The translations under genes and the position numbers were made by a program. Below, in pieces: positions 40,801 to 53,818 of a stretch of DNA of 64,000 nt. The notes beneath the pieces are model-generated. The model was not told the origin of the DNA and ran no database searches. It was given only the letters and a program-made list of their open reading frames with translations. The stretch comes from Camelus ferus (Eukaryota): positions 53,756,001 through 53,820,000 of the forward strand of contig NC_045697.1 in NCBI RefSeq assembly GCF_009834535.1, read 5' to 3'. Numbering within the stretch: the stretch's first letter is position 1; every line of letters starts with the position of its first letter.

Positions 40801-43800
40801 CAGAATAGATAAACAGGATTCTACTGTATAGCAAAGGGAAATATAAACAAGATCTTGTGGTAGCTCATAGTGAAAAAAAAAATGTGACAATGAAATATAT
40901 AATATTCATATATAAACTGAAAATTGTGCTCTACACTAGAATTTGACACAACATTGTAAAATAACTATTACTCAATAAAAAATGTTACAAAAATTTTTTT
41001 GTAGGAGAGTCTAAAAGAGGGGTCTCTTTCATTTTGTGCATTTGGTTATCCAGTTTTCTGAGACGAAAAAGACTAACTTTTCCCCACTGAGGGACTTCCC
41101 TCCCTTTTGGATATTAGTTGACTATATATGTAGAGGTTTAATTCTGGTCTTTGCATTCTGCTTCACTTGTCAAACTCTATTTTTAGGTCAGTACCATATT
41201 GTTAAATACGATAGCTTGTACTGCGATTTGAAATTGGGTAGGTGTGACGCCTTGGGCTTTGGGTGGTGTGGATAGTTTAACAAGATCAATTCTTCTGACG
41301 CATGAACAAATGATGCCTTTCCATTTATCTCTTTTTTTTTTTAACTTTCAACAAATTCTTATAATTATTACTGTACTAATCCTTCACTTCATTGGTTAAA
41401 TTTATTTTTAGTTATTTTATTGTTTCTCATGCTATATTGAATGAATAGTTTTTCATATATTGCATTATTATATAGAGAAATGCACCTAATTTCTGTATGA
41501 TAATTTCTTTATCCTGCAACTTTACTGAATTCATTTACTACTTCAGGTTTTCTTTGACTCTCTGGAATTTTCTGTACAAAAAAATGGGTAATCTGCAAAA
41601 AAAATGAATATTTTACTTCTTCCTTTCTGAATTGAGTGTCTTTTAATTCTTTATCTTACTTAGATGATCTAAGCTAGGACTTTTAGTTCTATGTTGAATG
41701 AGTGTGACAGTGGGAACCCTGGCCTTTTCCCGATCTTAGAAGAAAAGCTTTCAAGTTTTCACTGATGATGATAATGTTACTTTTGGGTTTGTCACATATG
41801 GCCTTTATTATGCTGAGGTATGTCTTCTATATACCGAACATGTTGAGGTTTTTTAATCATCAAAGACTATTGTATATTTTCAAATGCCCTTCTTTCTCTT
41901 GAGATGATCAAGTTATTTTATCTTTCATTCTATTAGTGCAATGGCCTATACTTATTGATTTGGGTATGTTGAGCCATTCTTGCGTTCCATGGGGAATCAC
42001 ACTTGGTCATGGTATATAAAATTTTCAGTGTGTTTTGAATTTTAAATTTGGCTGGCTGATATTTTCTTGAGAATTTTGCATCTATATTCATCTTGCATAT
42101 TGGCTTATACTCTTCTTTATTTGTAATGATCTTATCTATTTGGTATCTGCATAATACTGTCCTTGTAGAAATGAGTTTGGAAAGGTTCCCTCCCTCTTTC
42201 TAATTTTTGGAAGTGTTTTTGAAGGACTGGCATTAATTACTCCACAAATGTTAGAATTTAACAGTGAATCCACCTGGCCCTGTGGTTTTCTATGCTGGGC
42301 AGTTTGTGATTACTGATTTAAAACTCTTCACTCATTATGACTGTTCACATTTCCTAAATCTATCTGTTTCAGTATTTACAGGTTGCATATTTCTAGAAAT
42401 CTACCGATTCTTCTCGGTTATGTATTTTGTTAGCACGTAATTCTTCATAGAAATCCCTTATGATCCGATGTATGTCTGTAGGCTCAGTTGTAATGTCTCC
42501 TCTTTCATTTCTAATTTTATCTGAGTCTTCTTTCTTAGTTAATCTAGCTAGAGGTTATCATCAGTGTTCATCTTTTTGAAAACACAGAGCAAAACAAATA
42601 CTGTATGATACCTTTATATGTGGAATCTAAAAAAAGTAAACTTGTAAAAAACTGAGAGTAATACAGTGGTTACCAAGGGCTAGGGGATGGGAGAAAAGGA
42701 GAGATGTTATTTAAGAGTAAAAACTTGCATCTTATAGTAAATTACCCCTAGAGATTTAAGGTAAAGCATAGTGAATGTAGACACAATTTTATAACCATCA
42801 AACTTGGTAGAGACTAGATCTTAGTTATTCCAACTACAGAAAGGAATAATAATCATGTGTCACGATAGATGTGTGATATAACATCAAAACGGGAATCTTA
42901 TTAAAATATATAAATGTATCAAATCAATATTCTATACAACTTAAATTCAATAATCTTACATGTCAAATATATTTATCTTTTAAAAATGACATAGCATTTT
43001 AAACTAAGGATCGAGAGTATAGATAAATCTTATTTAATTTTTATACATTTTCACATTTTGCATACTTTCATGCCATGAACTTTTATTTTCATAAAGATGA
43101 TCAGACAATGAGAATAACCAGTCCACAACGGCAAATTAAATTTTAAAGAAAGGATGTATTACAACAGTACGACAGAGATCCATCATCCCCAGGAGACATG
43201 AAGCAGCTTTGGGGGGCAAGCCAATGAGAAAAAAAAACGCTGAAGACATAACACTTTAAATGCTGGAACATGGTCACAGGGAATACACACATTATCTGGG
43301 ATACACCATTAGACTCACAGGAAAGTTCAGCGAAATCAAAACTGAAACTGATCATCAGGGTGCAAATATAATTTTGAAGAATAATCTACACAATACACAA
43401 GCCTGGAGGGTAAGAGTTTGAAAAAAATTCCCTCTTGTCTTGTTCCTATTAAAACTAGTTTTGAAAAGAAGTTTTTAAAGAAGTTTCTACTCTATAGCAC
43501 AGAGAAGTATATTCGATAACTTCTAATAACCTATAATGAAAAACAATATGAAAAGGAATGTGTATATATAACAATCACAATGCTGTAATAGAAGAAATTA
43601 ATATAGTAGAGTAAACTGACTATACTTTAATAAAAAATATGACATTAATCATGATCATAACTATACATTTTAAACGGAAAGATGGGGTCAGAATTTTCCA
43701 GAGAGAAAAATAATAGTGAATGTTAAAAAGAAGAAAGACATTTCAAAGAGAGCAGTATATGGTTTCATCAGATAATCAGGAAAATTTTGCTCCTCTGCAT

Positions 43801-45452
43801 TTTTTTTCAATAGAGAATATTGAACATTGTGGAACTATTCTAGTGCAGAGTAAGAAATTTTTTAATTAGGGTCAAGGACTACAAGACAAATTAATTCTGA
43901 GAGAATTCCAATCAAATACAGCTTCACCAGGAGCTTTATTTAGTCTGACATGAACTACTCACAGGTGACCAGATCTCTGCTACAGAAAGCCTGGTGTTCC
44001 TCTCCCACTGTGGGGCAGGTGCTCCCCCAGGGATTTAGTGAGGTGATGATGAGGGTCCCTCACAGCCCCTTGCACATAGCACATCCTACTGTGACAGCAA
44101 ATATACAAGGTGATTTCAGAGCAGAGGGTGTCCTATGGAAACAAACCCAGCAGTATGCTCACTCAGAAATGCAACTACACAAGCATATCTCTTGCTTATT
44201 AATAGGACACAACAGGGCTGTTTCACAGAAATTCTAAACTATAATACCAGACTCCTCAATGTCAGTGACTCGTAATTTAGAGACAGATTTGGGGAACTTC
44301 TGAGTAACTTAAAGTTAAGGTATGAGGATTATAGATCTGTGAGAAGGATAAAGTCATTCAAATCCTAACTTTTTCTTAGTGATCACAGTCAGGGAAATGA
44401 AATACTAATGACTACTCCAAACTAATTCTCTAGAAAGGGGCCTGGAATAACAAAGGATTTAGTAGAACTATAATAAGAAAGAATTAAAGATGAGTTAAGA
44501 TCCTGCTGTGTGACCTCCTTCCAAGGATCTATGTTAGTAATTAATAACATGACTGATGAAGAGTCTAACACTGTTTACCAGTGTGTCCTCCTCACTACTG
44601 TGTACTGCCTCTATCTCATTTCTTCCTTATACGCACACATTTGCACACATACATATAACAGAAGAAACCGACCTCACATCACACATCTCCTTCCCAAGGA
44701 CCTCATGGATGAGGCCTATTAAAAAACAAAGCCATTACTAAAAACATTTCAGGAGTTTCCTCAAAAAAATATAAAATAGAATTACCATATGGTCCAGCTA
44801 TTTCTCTTCTGGATGTGTATACAAAAGAACTGAAGCTAGCACCCTAAGGAGATATTTGCACACCATATTCATAAAGGCATTATTCACAAGAGCCAAGAAC
44901 TTGAAGCAACCCAATTCTCCATGAACAGATAAAGCAATAAACAAAGTATGGAATACAAAAACACTCGAATATCACTCAGTCTTTAAAAGAAGATTCTGAC
45001 ACATGACACAACATGAATGAACCTTAGGATAAGGGAAGTAAGCCAGTGACAAAAAGACAAGTACTTTACAACTCAACAGATATGAGGTATGTGGAGTAAT
45101 CAAATTTGTAGAAACGTAGAGTAGAAATCATGATTACCAGGGGCTGGGATCACAGAGGAAAATGGAGTTTTTAATGGGCACAGACTTCCAGTTTTGCCAG
45201 ATGAAAAAGTTCTACAGATCGGTTCCACAATGTGAATGTACTTAATACTTTTGAACTACAGACTTAGGAATGACTAAGATGGTAAATTGTATGTTACATA
45301 TATTTTATCAGGTTTTTTTTTTCAAAAAGCCACTACTGAAATAATTCCTGATTGTATCAGAATTTTTACTATTCAGCTGTTTGTAGCAATCCTTTCAATA
45401 ACGTTTGCTATGCTGTTGCTCATTTGTAATGGAGAAAATTCTTTTTTGACAG

Positions 45453-45584
45453 GAAATGGAAGAGTTTGTCCAGAGCTCAGGAGAAGATGGTATTGTGGTG
45501 TTTACTTTGGGGTCGATTGTCACTAACATAACAGAAGAAAGAGCCAATGTGATTGCATCAGCCCTTGCCCAGATTCCACAAAAG
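45453..45584 (+). CDS. UGT2B: UGT2B copy 2, exon 3
   Basis: Same sequence and splice sites as 18860-18991. Confidence 0.92.
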
Positions 45585-47542
45585 GTAGATAAAGAAACAT
45601 AATAGTAGACAACTATAAAATCAGACAGTTAAATCTTGTAAAAAGTTTGACTATAAACATACTTTGCAAGAAAGGTAAATTACTATGATAGCCCCAACAT
45701 GTCTCAAATATTTAAAAGCCAGAATATACATAGCAGGTGCTGCAATAATACAGACAGTGTCTTGACAATGATTTTGGATACACACTATAATCAAGTAAAT
45801 ATACATGAGAGATGCAGTGCGAAATCTGGTTAGTATAATGGTACTGTGGGCAGGTAGAGAAATCACCAAATTCTGCCTTGTCATCGCTGCTTTCCTTGAA
45901 GGATTCCTGAGGACACAGTACACACACAGAAGTTCTCAGGAGTTAAATTTTAACAGTAATTGTACTAGCACAGTAACGTTGGGCAATATTGATAAAAGTC
46001 GGAAATGTGCTATGCAGTTTATACTTGCCAGGTAATCCTGGCTGCCTTTATTTTCCCTAAATTTTGGAACAGATCTATTCAGTGTGCTTTTCAGGGTGCT
46101 ATTCAGAGAAAAGATGATCAGGGCTCCCCAAGCTGCCTGCAGACACCCAGTCAGGCACCATGATTTACACAAAAACAAACATCAGCCTGCCCTGGGTGCC
46201 TTGGTCCTACCAAAGCCTGAAGCAGGAAGATAAAAGAGAAACAGTGAAGATGGGGTTCTGCCCTGAAGGTGAACCCTGTGCATTGTAAGGGTGGACTATA
46301 ACGGACTCTGCATCCAGCCTATCAGATTACTCTTCCTGACTGAGGAGGGAGAATGGACTATTTGAGAAAGTCAAGCATAAGGAAGACTGGCATGGAAAAG
46401 ATTCTACTGCCTCCTTCCCCATATTATACAGCAGTAACTTACTCTCTACAAAATAAAATACACCTGGGATCTTTGGTTATTTGTGACCTACTCCTACTTT
46501 ACTATCTGATATTGTAGTCTTCTCTTAAACAACTGAGCTAATTTTTTGCTGAGAACATAACGTCACTTTCACTCACACAGCAAATAGAAATTGGACACCA
46601 GGAAATTATAATCCAATGTGTAAGAATTACTTGGAATCCAAAATGGGTGGCTTATTTTGGTGCTGAATATGAAAACCGCATTAACCACTGCTGTCAATGC
46701 ACTGTGCTTCACTGTTGAAGTGTTCAGGGTCAGCTGAATAATTTTAGCATCCCACTTTTGGAGCTTTTCCAATACCTTATTGTTACTTGTAAATTACCAC
46801 ATGCTCCTCCTTTCTAAACTTAAATGTTTTCACACTTACTAATAGTGGTAATAATCTGGATTTATGTCAAAAAATACCAATTCTCTCTTTTTTTTTTTTA
46901 AAGCGCTTAACAATTTGTAATCTAAAAGAAGTTTACTTTCTAAGCAGCATTAATTGTCTTATTATTAATAAATTATAAATAAGCAGAAATACTTACTTCT
47001 CTTAAGTGGCTAACTGCAGGTACTTTCTATTAGTAAATCAAAACATGTAAAATTCTAATAAAATAACTTGTCACATTAACGAGTGGATATACGTAAACTC
47101 CATTCCTTAAGAGTCGATAAGAAATAACTCAGCAAATAACAACTTTGAAAATAAGAGCTAGTATATAAAATAAAGCAAAACAAATGTGTAGATTATTAGT
47201 AATTTGCCACTGTTTTGCTTTTTCACTAGAATCCAGACTACCTAACAATTTCATAAATACTTGAATTTGTCATTGAAAAATTCATTTGTCAATGACATCA
47301 TGTGTGATATGTCATGATTCATTCCATACCTCATTGAACATAAAAATAAGTACACAGAATGTGGGTATTCCTATTGATGTCAGTGCATTACTAGTCATCC
47401 CTACTTAGGATCTGCTGTCTTCATTTCCTGACCTGTCGTATGGAAGGCATTTAACTGGATGTCTTTTCATCTCTTTAGAATTCTAACGTGCTATAACTTT
47501 GAAGTTCAACTCATGAATAAGCTATCTACTTCACCCTAACAG

Positions 47543-47630
47543 GTTCTTTGGAGATACCATGGCAAGAAACCAGATACCTTAGGACCCAATACTCGGCTGT
47601 ACAAGTGGATCCCCCAGAACGACCTTCTTG
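47543..47630 (+). CDS. UGT2B: UGT2B copy 2, exon 4
   Basis: Same as 20953-21040. Confidence 0.92.
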
Positions 47631-48476
47631 GTGAGACCTGGGAGAACAAATGCTGGAAACAAGAGTAACAGCTGAGGGAGTGACAGCACTGGGACAGGAA
47701 ACCAACTTACCCAGCACTTATTATTCAAACATGCAAAAATTCTTCATTGTTATTTCCACTCCTAGTGGGAAACCAGAATAAAACATAACAGTTGGTTTTT
47801 TATTGAAGAGTCACATCTTTTATGGACAGAATCTTTATTTTGGCTGTAATTACTTCTCACAGTAAAATTATCAAGAACATCCTGGATTGTTGCTGTGTCT
47901 CTGAACTCACTCCTTACACACATCTTTCCCCCTCTAACGAGTATATCAAATATTCCTGAAAAACAGCGGCTCATTTTCATTACCCCTTTTTTGTAGGAAA
48001 ATACTTCACAATTGTTTTCATGAGGCTGTCAACACAATTCATGATAAAATGTAGCTTTTCCTTTCTCTGGTCTCAGTGTCACGACCATTATGATTCCTGT
48101 TGCCTTGACACCCTCCCTATCAGACTAAATGTCTTACTATTTCTTTAAGAGACTATGTTTTCTGACATGCCCTCACCCGTTTTTAGCTCATGTGGTTTTT
48201 TTACCCAGAATGTTCTTTCCATTTGTTCACCTGACAATCTGGAGTACATTTGTGAATTCAACTCACACAGCACTCCTTTCATGAAGGCTTCACTTCCCTC
48301 TCCAGCAGACTGAGTGGCTTCCTGATCTGAGTTCTGAAAGCAGTTGAAATGCAGTTTCATGTGTATAATCATCTGTTATCGAAAGGACACTGCTTCTTTC
48401 ACTGCCTTGTAATGGCCAGTTCTCATTTGATTTCTAACATTAATTAATCATTTTACTGAAATTCACTCAATCCTAG

Positions 48477-48696
48477 GTCATCCAAAAACCAAAGCTTTTA
48501 TAACTCATGGTGGAACCAATGGCATTTATGAGGCCATCTACCACGGGATCCCTATGGTGGGCATTCCTTTGTTTGCTGACCAACCCGATAACATCGCTCA
48601 CATGACGGCCAAGGGGGCAGCTGCCAGACTGGACTTGGACACAATGTCAACAACAGATTTGCTCAATGCATTGAAGCAAGTCATTAATAATCCTTC
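48477..48696 (+). CDS. UGT2B: UGT2B copy 2, exon 5
   Basis: Same as 21888-22107. Confidence 0.92.
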
Positions 48697-50475
48697 GTGA
48701 GTACATATGTATATTTTTCTACTACATACTCTGTCTAGAGAAGTTCTCATAGGGAGGCCAGGGAGGCAGTAATACATTTTCACATAAACGCAATGAGGAG
48801 TAAGTGCTGGTCAATGCTTTGAACAGTCAGTGACAGCCTACTGTCAATGTTACATTAAGGTTTTGTTTTGGGGGGGGGTGGGTTTGGCGGCTTAATGACA
48901 AAGCTTCCTCAAAGGTTTAAGGATAGTGGAGAAATTTGAAAGGGCTAATCATTAGAATGAGAAGAGTCACCAAAATGGTAACAGAAGGATTAAGAGGAAG
49001 CTGGACGAACAGGGTTCAGGATGGGAATCATGAGGTTATAAGAGTACCCACCCGCACAGTTATGACTTTCCTTCAGCATAAGAACTCCTCAAGTGTTTTA
49101 AAACTCTTCCAAGATGCCTGTGCCATGTAAACTACATTCATATTCAATTTCAAATTCTTATTACATTCAACAACTTCCATGTTTTCTGTGCTAATATTCT
49201 GAACCCATTGCTGATAAGTAGTAAACAACTAGAACTTTATATAGATATAAAAGCAGTGTTATCTATTTTCATTTTAGCCCATCTATTCTCCTAAAAGAGC
49301 AGCATAAGGAGCACATTTTCCTCTTTTCTTAGGACATCTATCTTTCATTTGGTGGTTTTATGTAAAAGCACATTTCTCTAATATCATTATACCTTTTTAA
49401 TTTTTAATAATGTAAAGCTGATGTCAGAAAATGAAGATAAGTTATTAGGTGCTACGTACAGAATGTTTACTACATGCTACACATTGTATGAAGTCCTTCG
49501 CACGTATTGAGTAACTTCTTCATGTTGGTCTTTCCCTATTGTATTACAAAAACTTCAGCATAACTTCCTCCTCTGAAAAACCCAAGGCTCGCCCAGCACA
49601 TGAAGAGAATGTGCCTCCAAGGCTATTGCTACAGAGCCATGCTATCGCACTTTGTGATTCAGACTGCGTGAGCCATCTCTCCTTATTCCTCCTCCCCTCT
49701 GGTCTGTTAGTCCATAACCATTTCAGCAGTAACTGCGACACCTGAAACTGAAAGGTTGAGTACTTCCCAGATTCTAAAATCACTAACAAGAAAAACAACA
49801 ATACTAGCAATGACCTACTGAGAGTGAATTGTGCACTACAAATACCTCTAAGAATCGATATTATTCCCCCAAATAATCACATGAGATCCTATTCCTAACC
49901 ATTCCACTTAACAATAAAAACCTGAGGAAAGAAGAATAACAAAGCAGGCAACAAGGTAAGTGCCAGAGTCAGGATTCAAACCAAGGCAATCACTTCCACA
50001 CTTTAAACCACCACTTCACTAATAAGACGTCAATACCAGTTCCTGCTCACTACCAGCTGCTGCCCAGCCCCACCTGGACGTGTCTCTGAACCTCGACACG
50101 GATTTTCCACCTATCTCTGGATTATTATAGTATTTCAAAACTTGTCTGTGAACAATCACTTACGGGGTCGTTCACTAGCTTGGAACACTCAAATCACGTT
50201 TTCTTGTTTGTTTTTTACTCTTGTGTCTCAACTCATTCCATTCTTTAGGCTAGAAATACTCCTCCTCTCCCAGTTTCTCTCTCTTTCCATAGCCTGAAAT
50301 CAAATGCATTTAACAACCTCTAGCCATTAGCTAAGATCTCTATAATCATCTCTGAGGAAGATAATCTTTCCTTCCACTCACTGTGGCACTCATTCTTACC
50401 ACCTGCATGAAAATCTTGCAGACTTTAATTTTCTAGATCACTCTCTAAATTGATGTCTATTTGTTTTTCCTTCAG

Positions 50476-50755
50476 CTACAAGCAGAATGCTATGAGGTTA
50501 TCAACCATTCAGCACGATCAGCCAGTGAAGCCCCTGGACCGAGCAGTCTTCTGGATCGAGTTTGTCATGCGCCACAAAGGAGCTAAGCACCTGCGGCCAG
50601 CCGCCCACAACCTCACCTGGTACCAGTACCACTCTCTGGATGTGACTGGGTTCCTGCTGGCCTGTGTGGCAACTGCTATCTTTGTCATCACAAAATGTTG
50701 TCTGTTTTGCTGCCAGAAGTTTCCCAAAGCAGGAAAGAAGAATAAAAGGGAGTAG
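50476..50755 (+). CDS. UGT2B: UGT2B copy 2, exon 6 coding part
   Basis: Translation identical to 23882-24161. Confidence 0.92.
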
Positions 50756-52552
50756 TTGTATCTGAGGCCTGATACAGGAACGCTCCATACATGGATCACT
50801 TCCAGTTGATCCCAGCAAGAAGGAATGAGGTTCCTGTCTTCCGGTGACAAAAGGACATTTCTCAATTTAGCATCAAAGATCAAAATTTGCTTTCAAGGGG
50901 TTTTCGTCCTGCTTGAGAGTTAGAAATATGTTGTGAAAAGAGAAAAGCTGCCAAAAATTAAACAAAAATAAAACTATAAGGGTATCTATTGAAATTTATT
51001 ATTTTAATTAAAAACTTATGCTAAAAAGAAATCATTGAATTTAAGTCTGTTTCACATGGTATGCACGTACAAAAGAACCATAACAAGTCTACTCACAGTA
51101 TCAAAATTATGTTGTAGATATTCAGAATATTTTCACCTTATTTTGGTGCAGAATTTTATAGTTTTATCTTGCTACAGAAACTGTTCAATACTTGAAATTG
51201 TGTAAAAGATTCACCCTTCCATTTCATTTGTGAGTCCACGAACACTTCTTGGATTTTACTGTGCATCCAGCCTCAGCATCACTCCTTACCTAAAGCCATG
51301 GCAACTCACTTGCATTCCTCCGGGTTAAGTCATGTCCCAGTGAAATGTCTGTGGAATCAGTCATACAGCAACTGCTACCTGCTTCCTATTATAAAACTGA
51401 GCCATTTGTGAAAATCTTTGATTTCATGACTGAATTTTCTTTTTCTCTTTACCTTTAAAAATATTCACCTGATCGCTTTCATTCCTATATTCAGCCTTTG
51501 ATAATGGATATAACTTTTCAACTTTAAATCAAGAAAATATACAACCTATACTCTAAAGGGAATTATTGAATTTTCATTCCCTCCAAATGTACCAAAATAT
51601 ATCTATATCTCTATATATTCCATCAAAATAAGACACAGCATCACTTAGCTTATTGCAGATACACTATGAAATTCAATGTGTTTGTTGAACACAGATTGAA
51701 ATAATGGATATTACTCTACATAACCATACTTTGGTTCAGTATAGCTCATTCTTTTGTCTCTTTTCTCAGGAGCCTATTTCTCCATCCATTCCATAACAAT
51801 TATCTGTAAACACTCAATCCTTTGTCAAGAGAAAAAATAATAAAAGCATCATTTTCTTTAAACCTAGGCCCTCCTTGACTGACATAATTGGTAACAGTGG
51901 GTGGAATACAAAAATTATATAAATTTCATGGAAAATTGGTAAATCAAATGGAAGATATCTGAAGGCACTCTTGAAAATTGCACATCAGGAAAGGACTTTA
52001 TTATCAAAGTGGTCCAGATGAGGAAAAGCATAGTTGTCTTATTGGTCAAAACCATCATCCAAATCATGTGACAGTCATTCCTCAGCTGAAAGCATAATTT
52101 ATTTTAAAAATAAATTAAAACATTGACGTTTAGGGAATTATAGAAAACATGTGCCACAGAATTTTCAATACAATTTGTATGTATAACTGACACCTTGTAT
52201 TTAAAAATGGAACTAAAATGATGCCATAGTATATAATAGTTTTAAATCACACATCGAGGCTTAAATAATTTTCCTCAAATTGATTCTGCAACATTTAAAT
52301 ATTATAGATAAATGTATTACTACTTGTATTTAAAATTTCAATAGTTTTAAAAATCTTAACTCACAAAAATTTAATGCCTTTACTTTGGTTTTAATGTCAA
52401 TATTGAATTAATTTTACAATAGCTCAGGGACCTCTGCTGGCTTACTTCCAATACTTACATTTATAGTGTTTCTGAGATATCACTACAAATATTTTGACAT
52501 CTCTCCCATCAAGTAATTTCCTCTCTTTTAAAGTTTAGAAAGTCTTGTTGCT

Positions 52553-52689
52553 GGGAGGAGAAGGCCATAGCTCAGGGGTAGCGTGTTTGCTTAGCATGCA
52601 CAAGGTCCTGGGTCTAAACTGCAGTACTGCCATTAAAATAACTAAATAAACCTATCTATCTCCCTTCCAAAAAAAAAAAAGTTAAAAAA
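52553..52689 (+). mobile_element. tRNA-derived SINE (vic-1-like), unit 2 copy
   Basis: Duplicate of 25953-26088. Confidence 0.8.
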
Positions 52690-53818
52690 CAATTTTGTAC
52701 TTGTCTCACAAATGTTGCAGTCTAACCTCCAATAGTCAGTTACAAACTGCAACATATTGTCTATTTCTTCGTCTGTCTCTCTCTCTCTGTCTCTGTCCAC
52801 TCCCTACTTCCCTACTCACCACGGAGCCCTGTACCACACCCAAAGTCCCCATGGTGAATGATCATTTGTGGAGAGTTCATAGATATGCCTCAGAAGTCCT
52901 AGTACTTGGCCCTCCAACAGATTGCATCTTCTCAAACCAATCACCAGATAATTACAACCCCAGCCACCACAAGACTGTAGCCACCTGAGAAACCTCCTAC
53001 AATAATCACTTAGCTGAGCCTAGACAACACCCAGAACTATAATAGATAAAAATAAAATGAGGACTGCTCTTCTAAGCCCCTACTTTTAAGGGCACTTTTT
53101 ATGCAGTAATACACCACTGGAAAAATAATTATACCTTTGTAATAATATTACAATAAAGATACAGCTTAATAATGGGACATTATCAATGTTACATTTTGAA
53201 AAACTGTAACCCAAAAAGGAGACCCACCATACCAAAATGGTTAAGAGTTTGAACTCTGTACTCAGACAGCATGGATTTAAGTCCCCGAAGAACTGCCACA
53301 GACTTGTGTGGGGTTGGGAGTGTTACTGTATCTCCCTAAGCCTCAGCTGCCCCATCAGTGAAATGCAGATAAAGTAATGGTATTAACCACTTCATGGAGT
53401 TCTTCAAAGTCTGAATATACTAACCTTGTAAAGCACTAAATGTAGTTGGTGTCTATAGTGCTATGTAATTTACATTAACTATTCTGATTTAAATGCATGG
53501 AAATACATTCATAATAATTTTAGTCCACAGGTTTATGCAGTACATTTTATGTAACATGTTTCAAATGCAAATAATGATAATAACAGCATTTCCTGTAAAT
53601 ATGCAGAAACTAAATAAGGAGAAATAAATTTGTGGTACAGGACTGTGCCAAGATGCCAGAGTAGGCGGACATGGTGCTCACGATCCTCACAAACACATCA
53701 AAAATACATCTTCACGTGGAACAGCTGTCACAGAAAACTGTAAACTGACAGAACTACGAAAACAAAGCTACAAGAAAGAGTTCCCTGTAACCAGGCACGA
53801 TGGAAAAAAAGTAAAGGG

